Shown piece by piece: positions 49,701-59,701 of a stretch of DNA of 64,000 bases. The first letter of the stretch is position 1; each line of letters starts with the position of its first letter. The position numbers were made by a program, and so were the translations under genes. The notes beneath the pieces were generated by a model, which had not been told where the DNA came from, made no database searches, and saw nothing but the letters and a program-made list of their open reading frames with translations. The DNA lies in the sequence record PP400787. The stretch is one strand, 5' to 3'. The DNA is from Escherichia phage FL23.

Positions 49701-49799
49701 GTAGAAATTAGCACCAACGTCATCCCAGCGTACTTGCACCTGATTTGCGGATAACTTGGAAATTCTGAGACTAGTGACTGAAGGTGCTTTTACTGTCAT
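46701..49799 (-). CDS. 7: baseplate wedge protein gp7
   Basis: 1032 aa as in T4 gp7. Confidence 0.92.
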   Translation of the reverse strand: MTVKAPSVTSLRISKLSANQVQVRWDDVGANFYYFVEIAETKTNSGENLPSNQYRWINLGYTANNSFFFDDADPLTSYIIRVATAAQDFEQSDWIYTEEFETFATNAYTFQNMIEMQLANKFIQEKFTLNNSDYVNFNNDTIMAALMNESFQFSPSYVDVSSISNFIIGENEYHEIQGSIQQVCKDINRVYLMESEGILYLFERYQPVVKVSNDKGQTWKAVKLFNDRVGYPLSKTVYYQSANTTYVLGYDKIFYGRKSTDVRWSADDVRFSSQDITFAKLGDQLHLGFDVEIFATYATLPANVYRIAEAITCTDDYIYVVARDKVRYIKTSNAPIDSDPLSPTYSERLFEPDTMTITGNPKAVCYKMDSIGDKVFALIIGEVETLNANPRTSKIIDSADKGIYVLNHDEKTWKRVFGNTEEERRRIQPGYANMSTDGKLVSLSSSNFKFLSDNVVNDPETVAKYQLIGAVKYEFPREWLADKHYHMMAFIADEKSDWETFTPQPMKYYAEPFFNWSKKSNTRCWINNSDRAVVVYADLKYTKVIENIPETSPDRLVHEYWDDGDCTIVMPNVKFTGFKKYASGMLFYKASGEIISYYDFNYRVRDTVEIIWKPTEVFLKAFLQNQEHETPWSPEEEHGLADPDLRPLIGTMMPDSYLLQDSNFESFCEAYIQYLSDGYGTQYNNLRNLIRNQYPREEHAWEYLWSEIYKRNIYLNADKRDAVARFFESRSYDFYSTKGIEASYKFLFKVLYNEEVEIEIESGAGTEYDIIVQSDSLTEDLVGQTIYTATGRCNVTYIERSYSNGKLQWTVTIHNLLGRLIAGQEVKAERLPSFEGEIIRGVKGKDLLQNNIDYINRSRSYYVMKIKSNLPSSRWKSDVIRFVHPVGFGFIAITLLTMFINVGLTLKHTETIINKYKNYKWDSGLPTEYADRVAKLTPTGEIEHDSVTGEAIYEPGPMAGVEYPLPDDYNAENNNSMFQGQLPSERRKLMSPLFDASGTTFAQFRDLVNKRLKDNIGNPRDPENPTQVKIDE

Positions 49800-51778
49800 T
49801 GTGATATAGGCTCCAAATCGATAGTTAAGTATTGTGGACGTAAGTCATTTTCAAATACAATCAGTGAACCGTCGCGAGTAAAGATAACATCATCGGTTGG
49901 GTCAGAATATAATTCGATGGTCTGAACTTCAAATTTTTCAGATGTTAAATTAATTTTAGCGATATTCCAATAAATCACATCAGCTGGATAATTTATTTCA
50001 CCGATAACATAGTATTTGTCGCGTCCATCAGAATTTGCTAATTTGTTAAAATCGTTGCCTGTATATGGCTGAATGTTTTCATTTTCTGTAACATCGCCAG
50101 AAGCAAATGGACCAATAATAACTTTACCAATTCCTTTAGAATCTCGGTCTGTTGATACTATACGAACGTCATATAATACATCTTCTTCTAAACCAGTATC
50201 AGGATTTACAACCTTTCGTCCAGAATTAAATGAAAACGTATTAGATTCCATAGAACGATCTTTTATTTGATTATTGTATTTAATACCCGCTTCAGGCGTT
50301 TTATAGAAGTTTTGTACTTCACGAACCATTTGAATAGTCGCTGATGAACCAATGACAGAATGATCTGCATCATCTACATATGTCAACATCTTAGATTTAG
50401 CGAAAGACGAGTTAAAAATTTCTACATCTTCGGTATAATAGCGATCAATTTTATCAATTATTTGACCTTCAAGCCACTGTTCGGATTCTTGCAGTTTATT
50501 TAAAGCATATGTGACTTTTAAATTAGTCTTAATAAAAAGATAATTAGGAGAAATAATTGATGGCGTAATAGGAGCTAAATTATAGTCTTTGAGATAATTT
50601 TTAATATCTTCACGCTGTACAGTAGTTAAATACAGACCTGATTTAGGTTTAGCAGCAATGAATGCATAACCAGGTTTAGTAGAATCAGTGAAAGTCTGAA
50701 CTGCTTGAATAATAGAACCAAATCTCTCTGAAACGAATGTATCATAGTCAGTCGCAGTTACGCAGCGTTGCTGGGTTTCGCGTTTAATAGTACCCAATTC
50801 GCGAATACGTTCAATATCTTCTGGATCGCCGCCGCCATCTGCCCCAACAAAATCTGGGTCATCGTTTGGATTTTCATTAATGTTGATGACAGTTATATTT
50901 GTCAATGTATCTGCATATGAAAATCCGACTGCTCCGTTCGCGTCAGCACCATTAGTACTGATGTACTCAATGACAATCGTAGAATTCTGAGTAGGTTTAA
51001 GACCTCCGATATAATTAGCGGTCAAAGCTCCTTCTGCCGCATTAACAGAAATTTCACCTTCACCAAAATAGAATTCAGTGTTTCCATCAATAGTTTCACG
51101 CATATAGTAAATCGTTGATGTTGAACCAGCATGAACCATTGACTTTCTTGTCCAGTTAATCCATTCTGCTCCATCAACGTATAGTTTAACTTGGTTTCTA
51201 TCTATATTTTTGTCATAAATGATAATAGGTGTTAATTTATCATAAATGATTTCAGTTCTTACTATACGTCCCTGGGCCAATTTTAAACGTGGAAAATATT
51301 GGTTATTTTTATCACGAATAGCAATAACATCTTCAGTAGATACAAAGTTGTAAGGATTAACTGAAGTATCTTTTGCATATGCTAAAAAGCGAGTACCACG
51401 AGGAATAGTAATGTAATTTCTATTCAATGCGTCTGTACAAGTTAGCATAATTTCAGTTTGAGCAGCTGATTTTGAAGTAGGTAAATATCCATTATCTTGT
51501 GCCGCTTGAACTACTGAACTACGTAAGTTAGCAGTACGCATAAAGCTTTCATACACGGCAGCATTACCAAACTGCTGAATGTATAATGTATTATAAGCCA
51601 AAAGGTCGCACAGAACGTTTAATCTCGAGCCTTCAAAATCATAATCCAAAAATTCATTTTGACCATTAAGCCATTCAATGAGGTTTTGTTTTATTTCAGC
51701 AAACGTACCCCCGACGAATATCTCGGGAATAGCATTTGCTGTTCTTGTTAATTGATAATTTACAGGGGTATTTGCCAT
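49796..51778 (-). CDS. 6: baseplate wedge protein gp6
   Basis: 660 aa as in T4 gp6. Confidence 0.92.
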   Translation of the reverse strand: MANTPVNYQLTRTANAIPEIFVGGTFAEIKQNLIEWLNGQNEFLDYDFEGSRLNVLCDLLAYNTLYIQQFGNAAVYESFMRTANLRSSVVQAAQDNGYLPTSKSAAQTEIMLTCTDALNRNYITIPRGTRFLAYAKDTSVNPYNFVSTEDVIAIRDKNNQYFPRLKLAQGRIVRTEIIYDKLTPIIIYDKNIDRNQVKLYVDGAEWINWTRKSMVHAGSTSTIYYMRETIDGNTEFYFGEGEISVNAAEGALTANYIGGLKPTQNSTIVIEYISTNGADANGAVGFSYADTLTNITVININENPNDDPDFVGADGGGDPEDIERIRELGTIKRETQQRCVTATDYDTFVSERFGSIIQAVQTFTDSTKPGYAFIAAKPKSGLYLTTVQREDIKNYLKDYNLAPITPSIISPNYLFIKTNLKVTYALNKLQESEQWLEGQIIDKIDRYYTEDVEIFNSSFAKSKMLTYVDDADHSVIGSSATIQMVREVQNFYKTPEAGIKYNNQIKDRSMESNTFSFNSGRKVVNPDTGLEEDVLYDVRIVSTDRDSKGIGKVIIGPFASGDVTENENIQPYTGNDFNKLANSDGRDKYYVIGEINYPADVIYWNIAKINLTSEKFEVQTIELYSDPTDDVIFTRDGSLIVFENDLRPQYLTIDLEPISQ

Positions 51779-51786
51779 TTTAAATC

Positions 51787-52080
51787 CTATTTAATGAATA
51801 CTTTAGATGATGCCTGAGCCACAGTATCACCGCATGATATTGGATCAGCCATTTGAACAGCTTTCTTTCCAGTGACATATACCTTAGAAGTTCTAGGTTG
51901 TGTCACTCCGCCATGTGTTTCATATGGCTTTTTAATTTCTGTATGTTCTGTAATTGGATCGCCTGCTACTAGAACAGCAATTCCTCCGGTGAATACTTTA
52001 CTTTGTGTAGCATTCACAACTGTTGGAGGCCATGCTTCATGGCCGGCAGTAACACATTTATCATAACTTAATCCTGACAT
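51787..52080 (-). CDS. 5.4: PAAR-repeat spike tip protein gp5.4
   Basis: 97 aa; Gly-rich small beta protein in the gp5.4 position directly downstream of gene 5/5.1. Confidence 0.85.
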
Positions 52081-52635
52081 CTATGACCTCTCATACACAT
52101 AGCTTCTTAATTTATTAGCCCAACGACTCCAATTTCCAACTATAGTTTTAGTATAATTTTTAACGAGAGTTTTTCTTACTGGAGCAGGAGGATCTGTCGG
52201 TTCAGTAGTATCAGAAGATGACCTAGAATTACTGCCAGAACCTCCAGATTCACTTTGTTCTTGGTAGTCATATATTAATGTTACTTCGTAAGTGAATGTC
52301 TTCTGGAGGTTTTGAGGAGCTTTCCATAAATACAACTGAGTATCAGAATCAGTAGGAAGTTCTTCCCATGAAGCAGCAGTTTTAAATTCATCGCCTAAAC
52401 GATATTTCAACGCGTCATTTCCAAATCCAAACACAGATTCATATGTTCCGTATAAGCGATTTTCTTCTACTAAAACCCCAGGAGTTTCTTCGTAACTAGT
52501 TATATTTATAGATACTAACGTTTCACCTGTTTCTAATTGAGCGGTAAAGGTGACGTCGATAGAAGAACCTTCCATGGATTCTCCTAAATCAGCGCTCATT
52601 GGAAGTATATTAGCCAATGTCAATCCTCGATCCAT
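52081..52635 (-). CDS. 5.1: hypothetical protein gp5.1
   Basis: Track start is TTG; ATG at 52635; overlaps 3' end of gene 5. Confidence 0.75.
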
Positions 52636-54337
52636 CAATTGTGTATTGACCAGATGAAATAGAACTCATAGATGCCATTTTTTCTGTCCAATCACCACCA
52701 ACGTCCCAATCAACTGTCCCAGCAACTTTCCAAGAAAGATTTCCATTTACTGTATTAGTCTGATTTCCTTCAACTAAAGTGGTAGCATCTCCTTTAACTG
52801 TAATGTCAGCATTACCTTCAACTACAATAGTAACATTACCTTTGACTAGGAGAGTTCCATTACCTTCAACCGTCTTAGTTTCATCGCCGCGCACAAATAT
52901 TGTATTGCTTCCATCTATTTGGTGGAGACGATTATCCATGTTGTAATAAATTTCTGATCCACCGACGTTAGTCTTTTTATCACCGGCTACCAAAAAATTA
53001 CCATCAGCGTTGGTTATATCATACAAATTATCAACAGTTTTTCTTGTTCTTCTTCCTGACGGTGATACTTCTTCATAAGTTCCAGTTGGATGAACTAATC
53101 TGTATCGTTCTTGCCCAGGGGTATCATCAAATTCCTGAATATGACCGCTTTCAGTTTCCATTGTGTGAACATACGGATATTCACCTTTATATGAAGAAAC
53201 AGGTTCTTTAAATAAAATTCTCGAATCATTCGGAATAGGAGGATCAGCTGGATCAGAAGACTTTGCTACAGTAGCAGCCATTGCTGACAAAGACCTAGAC
53301 GGTGTTTTCACTTCAATACCGTATGATTCCAAATTACCTGTAAGAATAATCATGGTAACACGAGATGCACGGCCTTTTGTTTGTTGATACCACAATGAAT
53401 CACGACCAGCTTTATATGCCTTTTCCCAATCTCCGGCTAACATAGCAGTTAACATTGTGTTAAATTTAGCTACACCACCAACGCCCATCTGAAATGCCAT
53501 ATTTTCTAATGCCATTTGACGAGAACGATTAACTGCTTGCCAAACTGGGCCAACTTTAGAATGTGATTTAATGTCACGTTGCATATCAGCCAAATCACGT
53601 TCAAATAAAGTTACCGCTTCTTCCATTGTAATAGAACCTGGATTTCCGGTAATTTCACGACCAACCTGTTTTGATAAAACTTTATTAATTTGAGTCATAT
53701 CACGAACTGGCTGCTTCATGATAAGATGACCAATACCAATTGTCGGATATCCTTCGGTATCCCAATAAACTTTTAGTCTTAATCCTTCATCGCGGCGAAG
53801 CATTTCAGCCATTGACATATTTGGATTATCATCAGTTGGAATCTCTGATAGTGGTCTATCATCAGGATTTATCGCAGTGTCTAAGTTACTATCTTGGATA
53901 ATGTTAGAAGACGAATCATATCCTACTTCTCCGCCTTGGTTTAATACATTAGTATCATTTCCTAAACGTCTAGGATATTGCCCAGTTGGGTCAGAAAATC
54001 CTTCAAGTCTATTCGGTTTTTCGCGAACTATTCCACCATACGTGCCAAGGACAATTCCATTAGTTTTCCATTTGTCTAAAAAATGACCATAAACTCTAGT
54101 TCCTTCTACCGGTCCAGTAACGGAGCCTCCAATTCCAGACATTGCTGCAGAAGTTATGGGTTGAATAACTGACATCCACGGTAATTTATCAGTTGGAATA
54201 CCCATTACATCGCCTTGTGCTCTTTGAGGTGGATGCAGACCAACTACACGAACACGAACACGACCTAATTTTAATGGGTCCATTCTATCTTCAACAACAC
54301 CAACAAACCAATTAAGGTTATTACTTATCATTTCCAT
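52610..54337 (-). CDS. 5: baseplate central spike with lysozyme domain gp5
   Basis: 575 aa; embedded T4-lysozyme-like module (MAEMLRRDEGLRLKVYWDTEGYPTIGIGHL) and C-terminal beta-helix repeats (VEGN..T repeats). Confidence 0.95.
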   Translation of the reverse strand: MEMISNNLNWFVGVVEDRMDPLKLGRVRVRVVGLHPPQRAQGDVMGIPTDKLPWMSVIQPITSAAMSGIGGSVTGPVEGTRVYGHFLDKWKTNGIVLGTYGGIVREKPNRLEGFSDPTGQYPRRLGNDTNVLNQGGEVGYDSSSNIIQDSNLDTAINPDDRPLSEIPTDDNPNMSMAEMLRRDEGLRLKVYWDTEGYPTIGIGHLIMKQPVRDMTQINKVLSKQVGREITGNPGSITMEEAVTLFERDLADMQRDIKSHSKVGPVWQAVNRSRQMALENMAFQMGVGGVAKFNTMLTAMLAGDWEKAYKAGRDSLWYQQTKGRASRVTMIILTGNLESYGIEVKTPSRSLSAMAATVAKSSDPADPPIPNDSRILFKEPVSSYKGEYPYVHTMETESGHIQEFDDTPGQERYRLVHPTGTYEEVSPSGRRTRKTVDNLYDITNADGNFLVAGDKKTNVGGSEIYYNMDNRLHQIDGSNTIFVRGDETKTVEGNGTLLVKGNVTIVVEGNADITVKGDATTLVEGNQTNTVNGNLSWKVAGTVDWDVGGDWTEKMASMSSISSGQYTIDGSRIDIG

Positions 54338-54911
54338 AAGATTTCTCCATTATACGTATAAGGTCGTTCATAAATGAATTGATGTCTGATTTTGCTATTA
54401 TTTTTATTTGACGAAGTTTTTCATTTTCAAGAACAGCAGCTTCATACGTATCGACCGCAGCAAGTGCTCCTTCATATTGAGGATATTTTCTAGCTTTATC
54501 GCCTTTGTCATACCAAACATATGGATTATCATCGTATGATATTAAATTATAAAATTTTTCACCGTTCTCATTCACATGATATACTATTTGGTCTCCACCT
54601 ACGTTTTTGTATTTTTGTATAGATGCTTGATAAGCAGCTTCTTGCGAAGTAATCCATCCATAATACGGATCATAATTATCATTACACATCAATAAAACCC
54701 AATACAACTGCGGATTTCCATATATAGTATTTGCTAATTCTTCCGGGCGTGGTGAACCTTTGATATAATAAGTACGTAAGCGGTATCCCGCAAGAGCGCG
54801 TTTAAAATAGTCTTTATAGTTTCTAAAAATATCTGTCATAGGAATAGTCGGCGCGTTTTTATTCACCGTTTTGGCCGCATATTCAATCGGATCAAAAAAT
54901 GTAAAGAGCAT
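54321..54911 (-). CDS. 53: baseplate wedge protein gp53
   Basis: 196 aa as in T4 gp53; late promoter at 54940-54947; AGGAGG SD. Confidence 0.88.
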   Translation of the reverse strand: MLFTFFDPIEYAAKTVNKNAPTIPMTDIFRNYKDYFKRALAGYRLRTYYIKGSPRPEELANTIYGNPQLYWVLLMCNDNYDPYYGWITSQEAAYQASIQKYKNVGGDQIVYHVNENGEKFYNLISYDDNPYVWYDKGDKARKYPQYEGALAAVDTYEAAVLENEKLRQIKIIAKSDINSFMNDLIRIMEKSYGNDK

Positions 54912-54924
54912 GGGCCCTCCTGTT

Positions 54925-54947
54925 TATAAATATATTATCTATTTATA
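54925..54947. promoter_or_regulatory. divergent late promoters for gene 4 (+) and gene 53 (-)
   Basis: TATAAATA on the plus strand at 54925-54932 (AAGGAG SD, gene 4 ATG 54959) and on the minus strand at 54940-54947 (AGGAGG SD, gene 53 ATG 54911). Confidence 0.6.
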
Positions 54948-54958
54948 AGGAGAATCCA

Positions 54959-55411
54959 ATGGCATATTCTGGAAAATGGGTTCCTAAAAATATATCAAAA
55001 TATAGAGGTGACCCTAAAAAAATTACGTATAGATCAAATTGGGAAAAATTCTTTTTTGAATGGTTAGATAAAAATCCAGAAATTATTGCATGGGGTAGTG
55101 AAACAGCAGTAATTCCTTATTTTTGTAATGCAGAAGGGAAAAAACGTAGATACTTCATGGATATTTGGATGAAAGATTCTTCTGGACAAGAATTTTTTAT
55201 TGAAATAAAACCTAAAAAAGAAACACAACCACCAGTTAAACCAGCACATCTAACAACCGCAGCGAAGAAAAGATTTATGAATGAAATTTATACATATTCT
55301 GTTAATACCGACAAATGGAAAGCAGCGCAAGCTTTAGCTGAAAAGCGTGGAATAAAATTTAGAATTCTGACAGAAGATGGATTACGAGCTCTTGGCTTTA
55401 AGGGGGCATAA
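54959..55411 (+). CDS. 4: head completion protein gp4
   Basis: 150 aa as in T4 gp4; late promoter at 54925-54932; AAGGAG SD. Confidence 0.9.
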   Translation: MAYSGKWVPKNISKYRGDPKKITYRSNWEKFFFEWLDKNPEIIAWGSETAVIPYFCNAEGKKRRYFMDIWMKDSSGQEFFIEIKPKKETQPPVKPAHLTTAAKKRFMNEIYTYSVNTDKWKAAQALAEKRGIKFRILTEDGLRALGFKGA

Positions 55412-56238
55412 TGGCTATTTTTCAAATAATTAATGAAAGCACTCCCCAAGTTCCAAAGGTTAAGCAATCATTAAACGAAAAGAAATGGATTCAGATAGGT
55501 CTTGAATATAAAAAGGCCAAAGCAAAAGGAATGACAGGAAAGCAATTTGCTGAAGAAAGAGGAATCAAATACTCTACGTTTACTTCAGCAATGTCAAAAT
55601 ATGCTTCAGGAATTAAAACGGCTGAAAAGATTCAAAAGCTTGAATCAAAACCAATGAATAAACTCAATAAGCAAGAAAGACAACTGCTTATGATAAATTC
55701 ATTCAGACAAACATTGCGCGATAAAATTCGTAATGAAGGTGCAGCAATTAATAATAAAACCAGAAAATGGTTTGCTGAAACTATTAAGCAAGTAAAAGGA
55801 CATAAAGTTGTTCGCCCGCAACCGGGACGAATATATGCTTTTGCTTATGACGCTAAACACAAGGAAACTCTTCCTTACTGGGATAAATTTCCTTTGATAA
55901 TTTACCTTGGCTTAGGTAAGCATAACTTAATGTACGGATTAAACTTGCACTATATTCCACCTAAAGCTCGTCAGCAATTCCTAGAAGAGCTTTTAAAGCA
56001 ATATGCAAATACACCTACTATTACTAATAAAACGAAATTAAAAATTGATTGGAGTCAAGTGAAAGGATTTAGGGGTGCAGACCAAATGATTAAGGCATAT
56101 ATACCTGGTAATATTATGGGTAGCCTTGTTGAAATCGCCCCGAAAGACTGGGCGAACGTTGTGTTAATGCCACTCCAAAGCTTCTACTCAAAAGGAAAAC
56201 GTTTCTCTGCAAACAAAGTTTGGAGCAATGTACGATGA
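55411..56238 (+). CDS. 2: DNA end-protector protein gp2
   Basis: 275 aa; TAATG coupling with gene 4; synteny. Confidence 0.88.
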   Translation: MAIFQIINESTPQVPKVKQSLNEKKWIQIGLEYKKAKAKGMTGKQFAEERGIKYSTFTSAMSKYASGIKTAEKIQKLESKPMNKLNKQERQLLMINSFRQTLRDKIRNEGAAINNKTRKWFAETIKQVKGHKVVRPQPGRIYAFAYDAKHKETLPYWDKFPLIIYLGLGKHNLMYGLNLHYIPPKARQQFLEELLKQYANTPTITNKTKLKIDWSQVKGFRGADQMIKAYIPGNIMGSLVEIAPKDWANVVLMPLQSFYSKGKRFSANKVWSNVR

Positions 56239-56893
56239 ATTATGAAAAAATTTATAATTCACTAATTGATAGGGCTCGCAATAGAGCCCTTACTGGATAT
56301 AAAGAAAGACATCATATTATTCCGAAATGTTTAGGCGGTAGTAATGATGCTTCTAACTTGGTTGATTTAACTCCAGAAGAGCATTATGTTGCACATCAGC
56401 TATTAGTAAAAATCACCCAAATTCTTTAAAATTATCTTATGCAGCCATAAAAATGACGGTTTCAACTAAATATGTTAGGAGAAATAATAAAGTTTATGGT
56501 TGGTTAAAAAGAAAACATGCAAATAATATTTCAAATACACAAACTGGACGAAAATATTATAATAATGGTAAAAGATGTATAAAATTGCATGATGGAGATA
56601 TAATTCCTGAGGGATTTATTTTAGGAAGAGGATGGAGTCCGACACAAGGAACAACTCATTCTAGAAAAAATGACACATTTAAAAACAAAAAGCTTCAATC
56701 TGCTTTAGCTAATAAACGGTGGGAAAAAGAAAAGAAAATAATGTTAGATAACTTTGGAGTTAACACTATTGATGAAGCAAAGAAAATTGTTCTTGATTTT
56801 AAATCAACTTGTCATCTAAGATATTGGCGAAAGCCAACTTTAGAAAAATTTCCATTTATGACTTCTGCTCGTTTAAGAAGTCTAATAAATTAA
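56235..56893 (+). pseudogene. HNH homing endonuclease gene split by a frameshift (N-terminal HNH ORF 56235-56429; C-terminal ORF 56453-56893, whose frame is open from 56366)
   Basis: N-terminal ORF has HNH motif HHIIPKCLGG...NLV.LTPEEHYVAH and ends after ...QLLVKITQIL; downstream frame continues ...KNHPNSLKL...NGKRCIKLHDGDIIPEGFILGRGW, a C-terminal motif shared with SegB/SegD. The frames meet at an A5 run (56408-56412). Confidence 0.6.
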
Positions 56894-56999
56894 TTCTATT
56901 ATCTTCCATTCTTTTCTGTTGTTTGTTCTAAATGGAATTGAATGGAAGGGACTTAGACCCATTATACCACCAACATTTATAAAGCATTATGAGGAATAT

Positions 57000-57530
57000 A
57001 TGTCGCAAGCACTGCAACAAATTTTTAACCAAGCAAATACAACTAACTTTGTAGTATCAATACCACATAGTAATACTACATCTGCTTTTACTTTAAATGC
57101 TCAGTCAGTTCCTATTCCAGGAATTAGAATACCTGTTACTGATACCGTGACTGGGCCGTTTGGACTGGGCCGAGCACAACGTCCAGGTGCTACATTTGAG
57201 TACGATCCACTCATCGTGAGATTTATAGTTGATGAAGAACTTAAGTCATGGATAGGAATGTATGAATGGATGCTAGGAACTAGCAACTATCTTACAGGTG
57301 AAAATACTGCCCAAAAAACAGGTCCTGAATACATTACGCTTTACATTTTAGATAATAGCAAAACTGAAATCGTGATGTCAATAAATTTTTATAAGCCTTG
57401 GGTTTCTGACCTGTCTGAAGTAGAATTTAGCTATACGGAAGATTCAGACCCGGCTTTAGTATGTACAGCAACGATTCCTTATACGTATTTTCAAGTAGAA
57501 AAAGATGGAAAAATTATAGCGGAAGTTTAA
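57000..57530 (+). CDS. 3: tail completion / sheath terminator protein gp3
   Basis: Track start 56919 is TTG; ATG at 57000 with GAGGAA SD gives 176 aa, the T4 gp3 length as I recall it. Confidence 0.85.
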   Translation: MSQALQQIFNQANTTNFVVSIPHSNTTSAFTLNAQSVPIPGIRIPVTDTVTGPFGLGRAQRPGATFEYDPLIVRFIVDEELKSWIGMYEWMLGTSNYLTGENTAQKTGPEYITLYILDNSKTEIVMSINFYKPWVSDLSEVEFSYTEDSDPALVCTATIPYTYFQVEKDGKIIAEV

Positions 57531-57554
57531 TGCTTCAGTTTCATGTGTTATAAT
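57531..57554 (+). promoter_or_regulatory. middle (MotA box) / early-type promoter for gene 1
   Basis: MotA box TGCTTCA (57531-57537), 11-nt spacer, extended -10 TGtTATAAT (57546-57554). Confidence 0.5.
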
Positions 57555-57579
57555 CTTAACTAAATTTGAGGAGAAACAT

Positions 57580-58304
57580 ATGAAACTAATCTTTTTAAGC
57601 GGTGTAAAGCGTAGTGGAAAAGATACTACTGCTGATTTTATCATGAGCAATTATTCTGCAGTTAAATACCAACTTGCTGGTCCTATTAAGGATGCATTGG
57701 CTTATGCATGGGGAGTATTTGCAGCAAATACCGACTATCCTTGCTTAACTCGTAAAGAGTTTGAAGGAATTGACTATGATCGTGAGACTAATTTAAATCT
57801 AACTAAATTAGAAGTAATCACGATTATGGAACAAGCATTTTGCTATCTTAATGGTAAAAGCCCAATTAAAGGTGTGTTTGTTTTTGATGACGAAGGACAA
57901 GAATCAGTTAATTCCGTAGCATTTAACAAGATTATTGACGTTATAAATAATATTGAAGATCAATGGTCAGTCCGTCGTCTGATGCAAGCCCTAGGTACGG
58001 ATTTGATTGTTAATAACTTCGACCGCATGTACTGGGTAAAATTATTTGCTTTAGATTATCTTGATAAATTTAACTCAGGTTATGATTATTATATCGTTCC
58101 TGATACTCGTCAAGATCATGAAATGGATGCGGCTAGGGCGATGGGTGCTACAGTAATTCATGTAGTTCGTCCTGGTCAAAAATCCAATGATACACATATT
58201 ACAGAAGCTGGATTGCCAATTCGTGATGGCGATTTAGTAATTACAAACGATGGTTCTCTTGAAGAACTTTTTTCTAAAATTAAAAATACACTAAAGGTAC
58301 TATA

Positions 58305-58305
<1 letters not shown>
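57580..58305 (+). CDS. 1: deoxynucleoside monophosphate kinase gp1
   Basis: 241 aa; P-loop GVKRSGKDT; matches T4 gp1 from memory; GAGGAG SD. Confidence 0.95.
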
Positions 58306-59002
<697 letters not shown>

Positions 59003-59014
59003 TTTCACAAAGTT

Positions 59015-59054
59015 GTTTACATACTGATGAGGTAGTGATACTATTACCTCATCA
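59015..59054 (+). promoter_or_regulatory. early promoter with stem-loop (PeSL-like), ip locus copy 1
   Basis: -35 GTTTAC (59015-59020); extended -10 TGaTACTAT in the loop of perfect 10-bp inverted repeat TGATGAGGTA (59025-59034) / TACCTCATCA (59045-59054). Confidence 0.6.
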
Positions 59055-59075
59055 AAATTAATTAGGAAAATAAAA

Positions 59076-59333
59076 ATGAAAACTTTCAAAGAGTTTGCTA
59101 CAAAAACTACTATCACTGAATCTTCCCACGGTATGGAAGTAAAGCTTGGAATGGCTTTAGCTGAAGCTGAGCGTCTTTTCTCTCGTATTAAAGAACTTGC
59201 TGCTGCGGTCGATCCTTCATCTTTTAAAGGAGACCAAACTAAAGTTAAAGCACTTTTAGCATTATGCTCCGATGCAGGAGAAATTGCTAAAAATGGCTCT
59301 AAGATGAAGAAACGATTAGAAGATTTAAAATAA
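59076..59333 (+). CDS. internal head protein with N-terminal capsid-targeting sequence (ip-locus gene)
   Basis: N-terminus MKTFKEFATKTTITE resembles the T4 internal-protein CTS (MKTYQEFIAE) with a candidate gp21 cleavage site I-T-E; own early promoter; AGGAAA SD. Confidence 0.7.
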   Translation: MKTFKEFATKTTITESSHGMEVKLGMALAEAERLFSRIKELAAAVDPSSFKGDQTKVKALLALCSDAGEIAKNGSKMKKRLEDLK

Positions 59334-59345
59334 TTTCACAAAGTT

Positions 59346-59383
59346 GTTTACATAGGGTTTTAGTTGTGATACTATTACCCTAT
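59346..59383 (+). promoter_or_regulatory. early promoter with stem-loop (PeSL-like), ip locus copy 2
   Basis: -35 GTTTAC (59346-59351); same GTGATACTAT -10 core; flanked by imperfect inverted repeat ATAGGGT/ACCCTAT. Confidence 0.55.
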
Positions 59384-59409
59384 CAAAACAAAACCAAATG
59401 GAAATCAAA

Positions 59410-59643
59410 ATGAAAACTTACCAAGAATTTATTGCTGAAACTGCTGATGTAAAAGTTGAGTTTATTTACACTGGCAAGAAAGATAAAATGGGTGAAATGC
59501 CTCATGGAGTTCTTCGTGATGCATTAGATAATTTCGGTCAACTCGCCGCAGAAGATTACGGTGATAAAATTGTTGTTACTGGTCCTGCTGCAGTTATTGA
59601 AAAATGGGCAGCAGAAAATAAATCAATTTTTCGTAAAAAATAA
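59410..59643 (+). CDS. internal head protein with canonical CTS (ip-locus gene)
   Basis: Begins exactly MKTYQEFIAE at the second in-frame ATG (track start 59398 adds MEIK); own early promoter. Confidence 0.7.
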   Translation: MKTYQEFIAETADVKVEFIYTGKKDKMGEMPHGVLRDALDNFGQLAAEDYGDKIVVTGPAAVIEKWAAENKSIFRKK

Positions 59644-59683
59644 GTTTACTTTTAGATAGGGTAGTGATACTATTACCCTATCT
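59644..59683 (+). promoter_or_regulatory. early promoter with stem-loop (PeSL-like), ip locus copy 3
   Basis: -35 GTTTAC (59644-59649); GTGATACTAT in the loop of perfect 10-bp inverted repeat AGATAGGGTA (59654-59663) / TACCCTATCT (59674-59683). Confidence 0.6.
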
Positions 59684-59701
59684 ACTACTGAGGAGAATAA
59701 A

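Noticed and set aside
56919-56999. N-terminal extension of gene 3 (203-aa version in ORF track)
   Set aside because: Track start is TTG with no SD; the ATG at 57000 has a GAGGAA SD and gives the expected 176-aa product.
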